Part shown: positions 1 through 10,939 of the stretch, piece by piece | Numbering within the stretch: the stretch's first letter is position 1 | Layout: every line of letters begins with the position of its first letter | Assembly: GCA_958413095.1 (NCBI GenBank) | Contig: CATYUF010000002.1 | Span: 5,439-69,438, forward strand | Direction: 5' to 3' | From: an uncultured Clostridium sp. | GTDB lineage: Bacteria; Bacillota; Clostridia; TANB77; CAG-508 | Length of the DNA: 64,000 nucleotides | Translations under genes and position numbers: made by a program | The notes under the pieces: generated by a model | Told to the model about the DNA's origin: nothing | Database searches by the model: none | Seen by the model: only the letters and a program-made list of their open reading frames with translations

Positions 1-1442
1 TCTTTTTCATGATATTTAGCGTTTAAAACTTCGTGTTTTATTCCTTCTTTTCTCAATAAGCTACTTAATTTTTCAGATTTTTCAATTGATACAGTACCTA
101 CTAAAACTGGTTGACCTTTTTCATGGCTTTCTTTAATGCTATTTACAATTGCATTGAATTTAGCATTTTCATTTTTATATATTACATCATTTTCATCTTT
201 ACGAACCATTGGTTTATTTGTTGGAATTGCCACAACATCTAAGTTGTATATTTCTTCAAACTCAGCTTCTTCTGTCATTGCAGTACCTGTCATACCTGAT
301 AATTTGTCATACATTCTAAAGTAATTTTGGAAGGTAATTGTAGCTAATGTTTTTGATTCATCTGCTATTTTTACATGTTCTTTTGCCTCAATAGCTTGAT
401 GTAAGCCATTGTTATATCTTCTTCCATACATGATACGACCAGTAAATTCGTCAACAATTAATACTTCTCCATCTTTTACAATGTAATCAATATCTTTTTT
501 CATTACTCCATGCGCTCTTAAAGCTTGATTTACATGATGTACTAATGTTGAGTTTTCTAAGTCATTGAAGTTTTCTAAGTTAAATGCTTGTTCTGCTTTT
601 TTAATACCTTTTAATGTAAGTGAAGCAGATTTTGCTTTTAAGTCTACTATATAATCATAATTTTCATTATCTTCTGCTTGTTCAAAATCTTTTACATCTT
701 CTTCAACTATAACTTTTGGAGTTAATTTTGATACGAAGTTATCGGCTTTTTTATATAAATCTGATGATTGATTTGCTCTACCTGAAATAATAAGAGGTGT
801 TCTTGCTTCATCTATTAAAATACTATCTATTTCATCGACAATTGCATAATGTAATCCTCTTTGAACTAATTGGTCTTTATATATAACCATATTATCTCTT
901 AAATAATCAAATCCAAATTCATTATTTGTACCATATGTAACATCTGCAGCATATGCTTCTTGTTTAGCTTTTGGCTCCATTCCTGCTATTACTAAACCAA
1001 CAGATAGTCCTAAAAATTTATATAATTTTCCCATCCATTCACTATCTCTTTTTGCTAGATAGTCGTTGACAGTAATAACATGAACTCCTTTGCCTTCTAG
1101 AGCATTTAAGTATACTGGTAATGTTGCAACTAATGTTTTTCCTTCTCCAGTTTTCATTTCAGCAATTCTACCTTGATGTAGAATAATCCCACCTATTAAT
1201 TGAACATCAAAATGTCTCATTCCTAAAACTCTTTTTGAAGCTTCTCTAACAACTGCAAATGCTTCTGGTAATATATCATCTAAAGTTCTACCATCTGCTA
1301 ATTGTTTTTTGAAATAATCTGTTTTTTGTCTTAATTCATGGTCTGTTAACTTGGAAATCTCTTCTTCCATATCATTTATTTTCTTTATTATTGGTTTTAT
1401 TCTTTTTACTTCTTTTTCACTATATGTTTTAAATAATCCCAT
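1..1442 (-). CDS. secA: Preprotein translocase ATPase SecA, N-terminal ~480 aa (3' end runs off the left window edge)
   Basis: Absent from the ORF track because it has no stop in the window. My minus-strand translation from the ATG at 1442-1440 (SD aggagg upstream) reads [17 protein letters not shown]...[57 protein letters not shown]...[20 protein letters not shown], the SecA motor-domain signature. Confidence 0.95.
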   Translation of the reverse strand, partial: MGLFKTYSEKEVKRIKPIIKKINDMEEEISKLTDHELRQKTDYFKKQLADGRTLDDILPEAFAVVREASKRVLGMRHFDVQLIGGIILHQGRIAEMKTGEGKTLVATLPVYLNALEGKGVHVITVNDYLAKRDSEWMGKLYKFLGLSVGLVIAGMEPKAKQEAYAADVTYGTNNEFGFDYLRDNMVIYKDQLVQRGLHYAIVDEIDSILIDEARTPLIISGRANQSSDLYKKADNFVSKLTPKVIVEEDVKDFEQAEDNENYDYIVDLKAKSASLTLKGIKKAEQAFNLENFNDLENSTLVHHVNQALRAHGVMKKDIDYIVKDGEVLIVDEFTGRIMYGRRYNNGLHQAIEAKEHVKIADESKTLATITFQNYFRMYDKLSGMTGTAMTEEAEFEEIYNLDVVAIPTNKPMVRKDENDVIYKNENAKFNAIVNSIKESHEKGQPVLVGTVSIEKSEKLSSLLRKEGIKHEVLNAKYHEK

Positions 1443-1617
1443 TTTGTATATATTCCTCCTAAGTTTATATTTTCTTTGTAACTATATCACTAAATTATTA
1501 TTTTATCAATAGTTTTACTTCAAAAATTTGATAAAGATGACTTTATAATTTTTCTTTCATAAAATTGTTTTTTCTGCATAGATTTTACTAAATTTATTTA
1601 ATAAAAAGGAGTTATTT

Positions 1618-2166
1618 ATGTTTATATATAATTTTAAAGTTAATGGAAGTAAAATTTTTAAGTATTTCTTTACTTTTATAGTTATTCTTATTGTTTTTAT
1701 AATGATTTTTGTTAGTTTTAAGGTATTTAATGGTGCTAGTACGGCTAAAGAAATTTCTTCATGTATGCCTCAAAAAGATGCTTTTAAAATAGCGACTAAA
1801 AATTATACTAATGTACTTAAATCTGTTCATGATAATATTGATACATATGTTGGTAAGAAAATTAATTTTGTTGGCTATGTTTATAGGGTTTCGGATTTGA
1901 AAGATAGCCAATTTGTTTTGGCTAGAGATATGATTATTTCTTCTAATAGACAGTATGTTGTTGTAGGGTTTCTTTGTGACTATAGAAATGCTAAAGATTT
2001 TAAAGATGGTTGTTGGGTTGAAATTACTGGTAAAATTACTAAGGGTGATTATCATGGCGATATGCCTATTATTGAGGTTACTGAATTAAAAGTAGTTGAT
2101 AAGCCTAATGAGGAATATGTGTATCCTCCTGATGAGAGTTATATTCCTACTAGTGAAGTTTTATAA
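1618..2166 (+). CDS. Membrane-anchored protein, C-terminal region resembles DUF1980/TIGR03943-type domains (tentative)
   Basis: 182-aa ORF with SD aaaggag upstream and one N-terminal TM helix. The C-terminal ...FVLARDMII...GFLCDY...WVEITGKI...PIIEV...P.EEYVYP pattern resembles DUF1980. Product assignment is weak. Confidence 0.45.
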   Translation: MFIYNFKVNGSKIFKYFFTFIVILIVFIMIFVSFKVFNGASTAKEISSCMPQKDAFKIATKNYTNVLKSVHDNIDTYVGKKINFVGYVYRVSDLKDSQFVLARDMIISSNRQYVVVGFLCDYRNAKDFKDGCWVEITGKITKGDYHGDMPIIEVTELKVVDKPNEEYVYPPDESYIPTSEVL

Positions 2167-2197
2167 TTAAAGAAATAAGAAAATAAAGAAGAACATA

Positions 2198-3052
2198 TTA
2201 ACGTTCTTCTTTATCCTCTATTTCCTCAACTATATTTATATTCGAATTTTTTGGTTTTGCATTTCCTCTTAAATGCATATTTTCAGATTTTTTTAATGAT
2301 AAAGCTTTATACTTCTTAGAATATGCTGTTGTAGATCTTTCCTTCATTAATTGTTCGTCTCTATCTGTATATATTATATTAAGATTATTGAAATCTTTAA
2401 AATCATTTTTTAAATCTGATCCTAAATATATAGCTTCTATAGGTTCATTATATTTTGCTTTTATATAATCATTGGCAATTTCCAAATCTCTGGTGTAATA
2501 TATATATACATCATATACAAATTTAAAATGCCTCAAGATACTCATTCTTTCTTCTTCTGATATTATTGGTGTTTTATTCTTATGTTTTTTAACTAATTCG
2601 TCTGCTTTAACTCCTACAACTAATTTTTCACAGTCTTGACTTGCTATAGTTAAATTTTCTAAATGTCCTGCATGGAATAAGTCATATGTTCCTGGAGCAT
2701 ATCCTAATTTATATTTCTTTTTTTGTGATTGGTCCTTTTGAAGTTTTTTCTTATTCTCACTATATTCCGTAAATGCTTCTTTGATTTTTTCTTTTACTAT
2801 TTTCTCGTCTAAACTAGGAATTGAAAATACAAAATCAACTCCTCGAATTTTTTCCATTATTCTCATTCTATCTTCTATTGTTTTAAGTGGTTTGTTTAAA
2901 CCTAGTGCTTGACATAAATTATCTTCATAAATTCCTATTGCAAAGTTTTCTATCCCTTTTTCTTTGCTTTTTTGTATTTGTTTGTCAATATCTTTTAAAT
3001 CATTTTCTCTTAATATATCATATGCTCCAGTAGAATATGCTATCATTTTCAT
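2198..3052 (-). CDS. Cytidylyltransferase/adenylyltransferase family protein (TagD-like nucleotidyltransferase fold)
   Basis: 284-aa ORF. The GTYDLFHAGHLENL motif is the (H/T)xGH signature of glycerol-3-phosphate/choline-phosphate cytidylyltransferases. A degenerate N-terminal repeat of the fold is also present. Confidence 0.7.
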   Translation of the reverse strand: MKMIAYSTGAYDILRENDLKDIDKQIQKSKEKGIENFAIGIYEDNLCQALGLNKPLKTIEDRMRIMEKIRGVDFVFSIPSLDEKIVKEKIKEAFTEYSENKKKLQKDQSQKKKYKLGYAPGTYDLFHAGHLENLTIASQDCEKLVVGVKADELVKKHKNKTPIISEEERMSILRHFKFVYDVYIYYTRDLEIANDYIKAKYNEPIEAIYLGSDLKNDFKDFNNLNIIYTDRDEQLMKERSTTAYSKKYKALSLKKSENMHLRGNAKPKNSNINIVEEIEDKEER

Positions 3053-3059
3053 TCCCCCT

Positions 3060-3566
3060 TTAAATTAAATTCTTATATGTGTTCCATTTCTTGTCATCAT
3101 TTAATGCTTCTGATTTTACTTTATCTAAATCCAAATCAGAAATTTCATCTATCATTTTATATAAAAGAGAATAAGTTAATAACTGCATCTCTCCTTCTTT
3201 AAAATTAACTGTATCTTGTACTTCTTTAATAAGTTTTACATTATATTTTTCAATTAAATTCTTATTAGAAATATCATAATCGTTATAGATATGTTCTTTA
3301 GAGATTTTTTCTAAATAATGATTATAAAATAAATAATCTGTAATAAGATGCAAAAATTTTCCTTTATTTAATTGAGTGTCTATTTCATTTTTTAAAATAA
3401 ATTCCTTTAAATTAGTAAATGCTGGAGATTTTCCATAATGTGTTTCAAATTTTTTATTAGTTAAATCAGGATATACTGATCCTTTTATAAACTCTTCATT
3501 ATACTCTTTTCCTTTTTTTCGTAGATATTCTTGTGCTATTGCAATATGTATTACATATCCTGGCAT
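3060..3566 (-). CDS. Hypothetical protein
   Basis: 168-aa ORF immediately upstream of, and co-oriented with, 2198..3052. I do not confidently recognise a family. Confidence 0.5.
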   Translation of the reverse strand: MPGYVIHIAIAQEYLRKKGKEYNEEFIKGSVYPDLTNKKFETHYGKSPAFTNLKEFILKNEIDTQLNKGKFLHLITDYLFYNHYLEKISKEHIYNDYDISNKNLIEKYNVKLIKEVQDTVNFKEGEMQLLTYSLLYKMIDEISDLDLDKVKSEALNDDKKWNTYKNLI

Positions 3567-3681
3567 TAAATCACTTCCTATAATTTATAATATATTATAT
3601 AGTATATCACTAAAATTGAATTTTTTCAATAATTTAACCTATTGTTTTTCATTTACCGTTAGTATATTAAGATTGTGTTTA

Positions 3682-3710
3682 TTTACACAACTATTTATAT
3701 ATGTTATAAT
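3682..3710 (+). promoter_or_regulatory. Candidate sigma-A promoter of guaA (TTTACA-17 nt-TATAAT)
   Basis: tttaca at 3682-3687, a 17-nt spacer, tataat at 3705-3710, 28 nt upstream of the guaA ATG. Confidence 0.5.
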
Positions 3711-3737
3711 TGTTTAAACATAAATTAGGAGGTAACT

Positions 3738-5276
3738 ATGAAAAATAACGAACTAATTTTAATACTAGATTTTGGTGGTCAATACAACCAATTAATTGCA
3801 AGAAGAGTTAGAGAATGCAATGTATATTCAGAAGTTGTACCATACAATATCTCAATTGAAAAAATCAAAGAAAAAAATCCAAAAGGAATAATTTTTACAG
3901 GAGGTCCTGCAAGTGTGTATGGAGAAGATTCTCCAAGATGTGCTGAAGGTATATTTGACTTAGGAATCCCTGTTCTTGGTATTTGTTATGGTATGCAATT
4001 AATGACTCATACTTTAGGCGGTAAAGTTTCAAGAGCTGATAAAAGAGAATATGGAGCTACTGAGGTTAAAATAAATAACACCTCTTCCCTATTTACTCCT
4101 TTTGATGAAACTAATACATTTTTAATGAGTCATACTGATTTTGTTTCTGAGGTTCCAGAGGGCTTCAAAAATATCGGTTCTACTGCTCATTGCCCTAATG
4201 CAGCAATGGAAAATGTTGAAAAGAATTTATATGGAATTCAATTCCATCCTGAAGTTAATTTATCAGTAAATGGAACTCAAGTAATTAAAAATTTCTTGTT
4301 TAATATTTGTAAATGTTCTGCTGATTGGCAAATTGCTTCTTTTGTTGAAGAAAGTATCAAAAATTTAAAAGAAAAAATTGGAGATAAAAAAGCTTTATGT
4401 GCTTTATCAGGTGGAGTTGATTCTTCTGTTGCAGCTGTTTTATTAAGTAAAGCTATTGGAAAAAATTTAACTTGTATTTTTGTTGACCACGGTTTACTTA
4501 GAAAAAATGAAGGTGATGAAGTTGAAGAAATTTTTAGAAATCAATTTGATATTAATTTAATAAGAGTTAATGCTAAAGATAGATTTTTAGAGAAATTATC
4601 TGGTGTTTCAGATCCTGAAAGAAAAAGAAAAATTATTGGTGAAGAATTTATAAGAGTTTTTGAAGAAGAGGCTAAAAAAATCGGAACTGTTGATTTCTTA
4701 GTTCAAGGAACTATTTACCCTGATGTAATAGAAAGTGGCTCAGGAAAAAGTTCTGTTATTAAGAGTCATCACAATGTAGGTGGTTTACCTGACTATGTTG
4801 ATTTTAAAGAAATAGTTGAACCTTTAAGAGACTTATTTAAAGATGAAGTTAGGCAAACTGGTTTAGAGTTAGGTATTCCAGAAAATTTAGTATTTAGACA
4901 ACCTTTCCCTGGTCCTGGATTGGCTATAAGGGTTATTGGTGATATAACTGACGATAAGTTAGATATATTAAAAGAAGCTGATAGTATTTTTAGAGAAGAA
5001 ATTGCTAATGCTGGTCTTCATAAATCTATAAATCAATACTTTGCAGTATTAACTAATTTAAAATCTGTTGGTGTTATGGGTGATGAAAGAACTTATGACT
5101 ATACTGTTGCTTTAAGAGCTGTTGAAACAACAGATTTTATGACTGGTGTTTGGAGTAAAATCCCTTATGAAATATTAGAAAAAGTTTCTTCAAGAATTGT
5201 TAATGAAGTAAATCATGTAAATAGAGTTGTTTATGATATTACTTCTAAGCCACCTGCAACAATAGAGTGGGAATAA
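3738..5276 (+). CDS. guaA: GMP synthase (glutamine-hydrolysing)
   Basis: 512 aa. GATase-1 domain ([12 protein letters not shown]), ATP-PPase loop SGGVDSS and the C-terminal ...[15 protein letters not shown] typical of GuaA. SD aggagg. Confidence 0.97.
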   Translation: MKNNELILILDFGGQYNQLIARRVRECNVYSEVVPYNISIEKIKEKNPKGIIFTGGPASVYGEDSPRCAEGIFDLGIPVLGICYGMQLMTHTLGGKVSRADKREYGATEVKINNTSSLFTPFDETNTFLMSHTDFVSEVPEGFKNIGSTAHCPNAAMENVEKNLYGIQFHPEVNLSVNGTQVIKNFLFNICKCSADWQIASFVEESIKNLKEKIGDKKALCALSGGVDSSVAAVLLSKAIGKNLTCIFVDHGLLRKNEGDEVEEIFRNQFDINLIRVNAKDRFLEKLSGVSDPERKRKIIGEEFIRVFEEEAKKIGTVDFLVQGTIYPDVIESGSGKSSVIKSHHNVGGLPDYVDFKEIVEPLRDLFKDEVRQTGLELGIPENLVFRQPFPGPGLAIRVIGDITDDKLDILKEADSIFREEIANAGLHKSINQYFAVLTNLKSVGVMGDERTYDYTVALRAVETTDFMTGVWSKIPYEILEKVSSRIVNEVNHVNRVVYDITSKPPATIEWE

Positions 5277-5380
5277 TAAGATGAAAATTCTGACAATCCA
5301 TATTAGATTTTACAAAAATGTTTTTATTTAACTAATATCGTAAAAAATCATTCAAACATAAAGTTATCTAAAATGCAATA

Positions 5381-5417
5381 AAAAATGTCATAGGTAAAAA
5401 TTATCTATGACATTTTT
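5381..5417. terminator. Bidirectional intrinsic terminator between guaA (+) and 5438..5866 (-)
   Basis: aaaaATGTCATAG-gtaaaaattat-CTATGACATtttt: a 9-bp stem flanked by an A-run and a T-run. Confidence 0.6.
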
Positions 5418-5437
5418 AAATTGTTTTTTCAGGTTTA

Positions 5438-5866
5438 TTAGTTATCTTCTGTAGTATGAAGTTTTTTCGCTTTTTCCATTTGATTTCTGATAGATGAAAT
5501 TTTGTCAAAATCTTTTTCTATGTTTTTAAATTCCATTTCACATAAAAAATAATCCATTCCTTTAAGTACACATTTCATTTCATAAATATTAGGTAATTCG
5601 ATAAAGTAATCATCTTCTGAAGTTTTAAATAACAAGTATTGATAATTATTATCGAAGATATGAAGAATTATTTGATTTTCTTTTATTTCTCCATAAATAT
5701 AATCATTTGTAAGAAAACCTTCAAATTTTTCATTTTCAATTATAATTGCTCCATCACTCCAACTAATATTTTCTTCATATTCAAAATAATTATTTTCATC
5801 TTCTTGTTCTACAGTTATTATTTTTATCCGAACTTCAACTCTATAACAAATCCTTCCCTTTAACAT
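5438..5866 (-). CDS. Hypothetical protein
   Basis: Tracked as 5438..5890. The internal ATG at 5866 is preceded by aaaggagg, so I prefer that start. No recognisable family. Confidence 0.5.
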   Translation of the reverse strand: MLKGRICYRVEVRIKIITVEQEDENNYFEYEENISWSDGAIIIENEKFEGFLTNDYIYGEIKENQIILHIFDNNYQYLLFKTSEDDYFIELPNIYEMKCVLKGMDYFLCEMEFKNIEKDFDKISSIRNQMEKAKKLHTTEDN

Positions 5867-5950
5867 TTTTCTTCCTCCTTTTAAACTCATAAAAGTTGAT
5901 ATATGCAGTTTTTATATATCTATATTAACATAATTTTGCACTTTTTTCAA

Positions 5951-7048
5951 TTACTTTCTATCAAATATTGTTTTAAAAAATCCTTGGTCTATTAAATTAG
6001 CAAATATATTTTTAAAAATAATTAGTACAATAGGCCCTATTAGTAACCCAATTATTCCTATAAATTTGAAACCTGTATACATAGCAATTAGTGTAAAGAT
6101 TGGATGTATTCCTATGTTCTTACTTACTAATTTAGGTTCTAAAAATTGTCTTACTATTGACATTATTATTAATAGAGTTATTATTGCAATTCCTAATCTT
6201 AAATCTCCATTTAATCCTGATATTATTGCCCATGGTATCATTACTGTCCCTGAACCTAAAATTGGTAGTGCATCTACAAATCCTATTAATAATGCCATTA
6301 GAAGAGGATATTGAATATTAAAGTTTAAAAAAGATAATAAATATAATCCAACTAATGAAATTATAAATGATATTAATATTAATGTGGCTTCTGCTTTTAA
6401 ATATCCACCTAATGTTTGTATTAAGTCTTTTAGATGCAAATTTATTTTCCTAAACCATACTTTTGGCAAATGATATTCTAGTTGATCTAAGATATATATT
6501 TTATCAACACATATGAAATATAAAGCAATAACAGTTATACCAACACAAATTGCTATTGTAGGTATCTGTGTAATAAAGTTAATTAATCCTGTTAATGCAT
6601 TTCTAATCCATGTTGATGCAGTTTCCAAGATGTTTGTTGTTGAATTATTAACTACTGCTACTATTTCATCTGATAGATGTATTTTATCAAAGTCAAATGT
6701 ACTTATAAATGCTTGGATTTGATTATATGCTTTATCTACATAATTATTTAACCCTTGTAATAATCTAGAGGATTCTGAAAATAATGTAATAATAATCCAT
6801 GTAAGACTTCCTAATATTATTACTGATACAATTATAAATATGATTATTGAACTTGTCCTTCTTGTAAGGTGAGTTTTATTCATTATGAATTTTATCATTG
6901 GTTCTATTAATAACGAAATAATAAAAGCAATTAAAAACGGCATATAAAAAATTGATAATTTTAATACTAGATACAATCCTAATAGTAACAATGCTACATA
7001 TAAAATCCTTGTCCCTACTTTTGTCCAATATGAAATATTAAATATCAT
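5951..7048 (-). CDS. AI-2E family transporter / sporulation integral membrane protein YtvI-like
   Basis: 365 aa and polytopic. Size and C-terminal ...PILGSG....PW......G......I.....I...RQ..EPK pattern are typical of PerM/AI-2E (YtvI) proteins. Confidence 0.7.
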   Translation of the reverse strand: MIFNISYWTKVGTRILYVALLLLGLYLVLKLSIFYMPFLIAFIISLLIEPMIKFIMNKTHLTRRTSSIIIFIIVSVIILGSLTWIIITLFSESSRLLQGLNNYVDKAYNQIQAFISTFDFDKIHLSDEIVAVVNNSTTNILETASTWIRNALTGLINFITQIPTIAICVGITVIALYFICVDKIYILDQLEYHLPKVWFRKINLHLKDLIQTLGGYLKAEATLILISFIISLVGLYLLSFLNFNIQYPLLMALLIGFVDALPILGSGTVMIPWAIISGLNGDLRLGIAIITLLIIMSIVRQFLEPKLVSKNIGIHPIFTLIAMYTGFKFIGIIGLLIGPIVLIIFKNIFANLIDQGFFKTIFDRK

Positions 7049-7263
7049 GCTTTAAATTTCCTCCTTTAATAAGTATATGTAAATTTAATAAAATTATCAC
7101 TATTGAAGAATTAATATATTTTTATTCACTTTTTCGAACATGAAACATTATTACATTATGATATTTTTATCTTGTGTTCATTAATTTAAAATTATTTATA
7201 GATTAACTATCTCAAAAATTTTATATGGTTGTATATAAATATTTCAAAATTTGATACAATAAT

Positions 7264-7307
7264 ATAAAGCTTGAATTATTAATAAAAATTAATGATTCAA
7301 GCTTTAT
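7264..7307 (-). terminator. Probable terminator downstream of the CBS gene
   Basis: ATAAAGCTTGAAT (7264-7276) pairs perfectly with ATTCAAGCTTTAT (7295-7307). It lies 19 nt after the stop at 7326. The U-run is weak. Confidence 0.45.
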
Positions 7308-7325
7308 ATTATTTGTTTTTAGCCT

Positions 7326-7772
7326 TTATTCCGCATTTAAATTTTTATTTTCACAACAAATATCACTTATAACTGTTGATACTTGGTCTTTTCCTAATTC
7401 ATTTATATTTTGAGCAATATCTCCTAAAGTTAATATTCCTACAACTTTATTATTTTTGTCACATATAGGTAATCTTTTTATTTGATTTTGGCTCATTTTA
7501 TTTTCAGCAACTGTCATCTCATCATTTTCTTGACAAGTACAAACTTTAGTTGACATTATGTCACTAACTGGTGTTGTTTTACAGTCTTTATCACAAGCTA
7601 TTGTTCTTAAAATAATATCTCTATCTGTTACAATTCCACATATACAATTATTATTATCACAAATCGGAATTGAGCCTATATGTCTTTCGGCCATTAACTT
7701 TGCAACTTCATTTAATTTTGTTTCTGGTTTAACACAACAAACATCATTACACATACATTCATTAACTTTCAT
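7326..7772 (-). CDS. CBS domain pair protein (Cys-rich)
   Basis: Two CBS repeats (...HIGSIPICD..N...GIVTDRDI... and ...IKRLPICDKNNKVVGILTLGDI...). Start moved to the ATG at 7772, which follows aaaggtgg. Confidence 0.8.
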   Translation of the reverse strand: MKVNECMCNDVCCVKPETKLNEVAKLMAERHIGSIPICDNNNCICGIVTDRDIILRTIACDKDCKTTPVSDIMSTKVCTCQENDEMTVAENKMSQNQIKRLPICDKNNKVVGILTLGDIAQNINELGKDQVSTVISDICCENKNLNAE

Positions 7773-7938
7773 ATTTTTACCACCTTTCAAAAATTACTAT
7801 ATATATTTTGCACATTTAGATAAAATCTATTCTAAAGAATATTTGAAAAAATGGTAAATTTTTCTTTTATAAATATAAATAAAATATTATCTTTTTCATA
7901 TCTCTTGTATAAAGTATTATTATCTGCTTTTTTTCATT

Positions 7939-8580
7939 TTAAAATTCATATATGTCATAATAATCTTGTGAATATTCTAAATCTCTAGGCATCATTGGTG
8001 GTCTTGGTCCTCCTCCACCTGGACCTCCTGGAAAACCTGGAAATGGTGGTCTGTGATGTGGTGGTCTTGGTGGCCTAGATGGTTTTATATTTGGTCGGTT
8101 TAACAATTCTCTAATTATTAGAATTTTAATTAAATCTCTTAAATTGTTGTTTGTGATTCTTCTGGTTTCTTTATTTCTTGTATCCTTCATGGAGTGTTCG
8201 CTATTTTCTTTACTATTTACAACTTCTTTTTGATTTCTATTACTTGCATTTTCTGCCGTCTTTGTTCTTACTGCATTTTCTAGATTAATATTTATATTTA
8301 TTTGATTATTATCTTCTATTGCATAATAAATTTCATTTGTGATTTTATCTATTTCTTCCTCTGTATTTAAGTTAAAATTATCATTACATGCCTTTTTTAC
8401 CATTGGATATATAATTTTATATATTTCTGGATAACATTGCTCTATTTGGCTTTTTGGTACTTGTGAATTAGTATAACTATTTTCTTCCATATTCATATTG
8501 CAAGAATAACAGTTGTTATTTGTATTATTTGGATATCCAATTATATTTCTTATGTATTCTTCATAAATATTATTATACAA
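7939..8580 (-). CDS. Hypothetical protein with Pro/Gly-rich C-terminal tail
   Basis: 213-aa ORF ending ...SRPPRPPHHRPPFPGFPGGPGGGGPRPPMMPRDLEYSQDYYDIYEF. Family not recognised. Confidence 0.55.
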   Translation of the reverse strand: MYNNIYEEYIRNIIGYPNNTNNNCYSCNMNMEENSYTNSQVPKSQIEQCYPEIYKIIYPMVKKACNDNFNLNTEEEIDKITNEIYYAIEDNNQINININLENAVRTKTAENASNRNQKEVVNSKENSEHSMKDTRNKETRRITNNNLRDLIKILIIRELLNRPNIKPSRPPRPPHHRPPFPGFPGGPGGGGPRPPMMPRDLEYSQDYYDIYEF

Positions 8581-8717
8581 ATTTATACCTCCTTGTTTGT
8601 TTTATATACAATATGATTTATGTCTTGCATTGGTGAATAAATTTCACTTTTTATAAAATTTATGTTATAATATAAATAATTTAGTTGGTTACTTATATTC
8701 TTATATGGAGGTACGAT

Positions 8718-8930
8718 ATGAAAACAAATACTTTAAGTGCAAATTTTGACTCCCTAGTTCGGAAATGGGAAAATGCTTGTTTAGTAGATTCTGATATAAA
8801 AACAAAAATCAGTATTGCTAACGAAATATGTTACTTTTATGAAAATAATTTAACTAATATTCATTTTTTACAAAAAGATTTAAAACTAATTGAAGAAATT
8901 AAAATGTTTTTATTTCTTAATAATAAGTAA
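8718..8930 (+). CDS. Small hypothetical protein (70 aa)
   Basis: The ATG at 8718 is preceded by ggagg and followed by a terminator. Contains the only other in-frame CGG codon I noticed (8760-8762). Confidence 0.4.
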   Translation: MKTNTLSANFDSLVRKWENACLVDSDIKTKISIANEICYFYENNLTNIHFLQKDLKLIEEIKMFLFLNNK

Positions 8931-8941
8931 CCTGTAATTAA

Positions 8942-8966
8942 AGAGAGCTCGCTATTTGAGCTCTCT
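8942..8966 (+). terminator. Intrinsic terminator
   Basis: AGAGAGCTC-gctattt-GAGCTCTCT followed by aatattttt. Confidence 0.6.
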
Positions 8967-9126
8967 AATATTTTTGCATAAGTTTTAATTCTATATATTC
9001 TTTTCATTAATATAATTATATACTTTCAATTTTTTTACCAATTAGTAGTACTTTAGCTAAAATTAAAATTTTATATCTATTTTATCCTTAATTTTATTTC
9101 ATATTGTAATTTCTTTTTAAATAATT

Positions 9127-10530
9127 TTAATTAATCTTTTTTACTAATTCTTTAAATTGATTTCCTCTATCTGCAAAATTTTTAAACATATCGAAACTAG
9201 CACTTGCTGGTGAAAATAAAACAACTTGACCTGGTTTAGCTACTTTTTTTGCAAGTTTTATAGTTTCTTCTAAACTTTCACACATGTGAATATCTAACTC
9301 TTTATTTTCTTTTTCCAATTCTAATTTTACAACATCAAAAATTTTACCTGAAGTTTGCCCTATTAATATTAGTGATTTTACTTTTTTTATTATAGGCTTT
9401 GCAAGTGGTGTATAATCCAAGTTTTTATCATATCCTCCTGCTATTAATATTATATCTTCCTTGAAAGCATTTATTCCTGATAAAGTTCTTGAAGGTGATG
9501 AACTTGCAGAATCATTATACCACTTTACTCCATCTAGTTCTCTTATAAATTCTATTCTATGTTCAACTGGTTTAAATTCTTTAATAGCCTCTACTGCTAT
9601 ATCCATATCAACTAATGATGATGTTGCAGCAATCGCTGTTGCAATATTTTGATAGTTATGATTTCCTCTTAAAATTACATCTTCTACATTTAAAATATGT
9701 TTTCTTATTTTATCTTCGCATTCTTTAATTACATCTTCATCTACTATATATCCATTATCCAATTTATTTTTCCTACTAAAGAAAATAACTTTTCCATTTG
9801 CTTCCTTTTCGCAATTTCTTGTTATTTCATTGTCATAATTTAATACTAAAACACCTTTCTCATCTTGATATTTAAAAATATTTTTCTTTGCTTCTATATA
9901 TTCTTCATAGTCTTTATGAATATTTAAGTGATTTGGTGTTATATTAGTAATAACTGCAATATCTGGGCTTATTTCCATTCCCATTAATTGAAAACTACTT
10001 AATTCTAAAACAAGAATATCCTTGGGTTTCATATCTGGTAATTTCGTAAATAATGGTGTGCCAATATTACCACCTAAAAATGTATTATATCCAGCTTTTT
10101 TTAAAATTGCATTAATTAAGCTTGTTGTCGTTGTTTTTCCATCACTACCAGTAACTCCAACGATTTTGCAAGGACACATTTTCATTAATAATTCTACTTC
10201 TGTTGTTACGATTGCACCATTATTAGCTTCATCCACTAATTCTTTTCTAGTTGGTAAACAACTTGGAGATCTAAAAATTACATTAAAACCTTTTAAATTT
10301 TTTAAAGCATCTTCTCCAAAATGAAAACCAAATTCATATGTAGTTATTTTACCCATTATATCTTTAGATATACTATCAATATCACGTTCATCAAAAACTG
10401 TTACATTAGCTTTTTTTTCATATAAATATTCCATAAGTGGCAAATTACTTACACCCAATCCAATAATTGCTACTTTTCTAAATCTTATATAATCATTAAA
10501 TTCATTTAATTTTTTATTAATATATTCCAT
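9127..10530 (-). CDS. murD: UDP-N-acetylmuramoylalanine--D-glutamate ligase
   Basis: 467 aa. N-terminal Rossmann motif VAIIGLGVSN, Mur ligase P-loop GVTGSDGKTTTTSLI and a typical MurD C-terminus (...SPASASFD.F.NF..RG..F). Confidence 0.93.
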   Translation of the reverse strand: MEYINKKLNEFNDYIRFRKVAIIGLGVSNLPLMEYLYEKKANVTVFDERDIDSISKDIMGKITTYEFGFHFGEDALKNLKGFNVIFRSPSCLPTRKELVDEANNGAIVTTEVELLMKMCPCKIVGVTGSDGKTTTTSLINAILKKAGYNTFLGGNIGTPLFTKLPDMKPKDILVLELSSFQLMGMEISPDIAVITNITPNHLNIHKDYEEYIEAKKNIFKYQDEKGVLVLNYDNEITRNCEKEANGKVIFFSRKNKLDNGYIVDEDVIKECEDKIRKHILNVEDVILRGNHNYQNIATAIAATSSLVDMDIAVEAIKEFKPVEHRIEFIRELDGVKWYNDSASSSPSRTLSGINAFKEDIILIAGGYDKNLDYTPLAKPIIKKVKSLILIGQTSGKIFDVVKLELEKENKELDIHMCESLEETIKLAKKVAKPGQVVLFSPASASFDMFKNFADRGNQFKELVKKIN

Positions 10531-10758
10531 TATAACTTTGGTTCCTTTCTCAGTTTTTATAAGACATATATTTATAAAATGCCATGTCCTTTAACCTAAA
10601 TACTTTTTATAATATATTATATATCACAATTTATAAATTTGTGCAATATCCTCCAAAATCTCAAAATTGTTTATTTTTTCGATTATAACTATTTAATATT
10701 TTATAAGTACCTTATTTAATGTTTAGTTAATTTATTTAATAGAAATATTTTTTCAGAT

Positions 10759-10787
10759 GTATATTTTAAAATTTTTTAGGCAAACTA
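10759..10787 (+). promoter_or_regulatory. Possible forespore-type (sigma-G/F-like) promoter for the small N/K-rich ORF
   Basis: GTATA (10759-10763), 17 nt, CAAACTA (10781-10787). This resembles the GHATR-N17/18-CAtnnTA class. Inference only. Confidence 0.25.
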
Positions 10788-10817
10788 TTATTAGTATTTT
10801 GAATGGAGGTGCTTTTA

Positions 10818-10907
10818 ATGGCAAAGAAAAATAAAGAAAATAAGAATAATAAAAATAATTCAAATAATCAAAATAATGAAAGACAAAACAACAATAATAA
10901 CAAATAA
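10818..10907 (+). CDS. 29-aa Asn/Lys-rich peptide MAKKNKENKNNKNNSNNQNNERQNNNNNK
   Basis: Not in the track (under 60 aa). Strong SD ggagg 8 nt upstream of the ATG and a hairpin terminator downstream. Confidence 0.4.
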   Translation: MAKKNKENKNNKNNSNNQNNERQNNNNNK

Positions 10908-10939
10908 TTAAATTTATTTTATCTTAATAATTAAATAGA

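Noticed and set aside
3567-3737. Looked for a purine (guanine) riboswitch upstream of guaA.
   Set aside because: I could not find the conserved three-way junction or loop motifs. Only a plain sigma-A-like promoter is evident.
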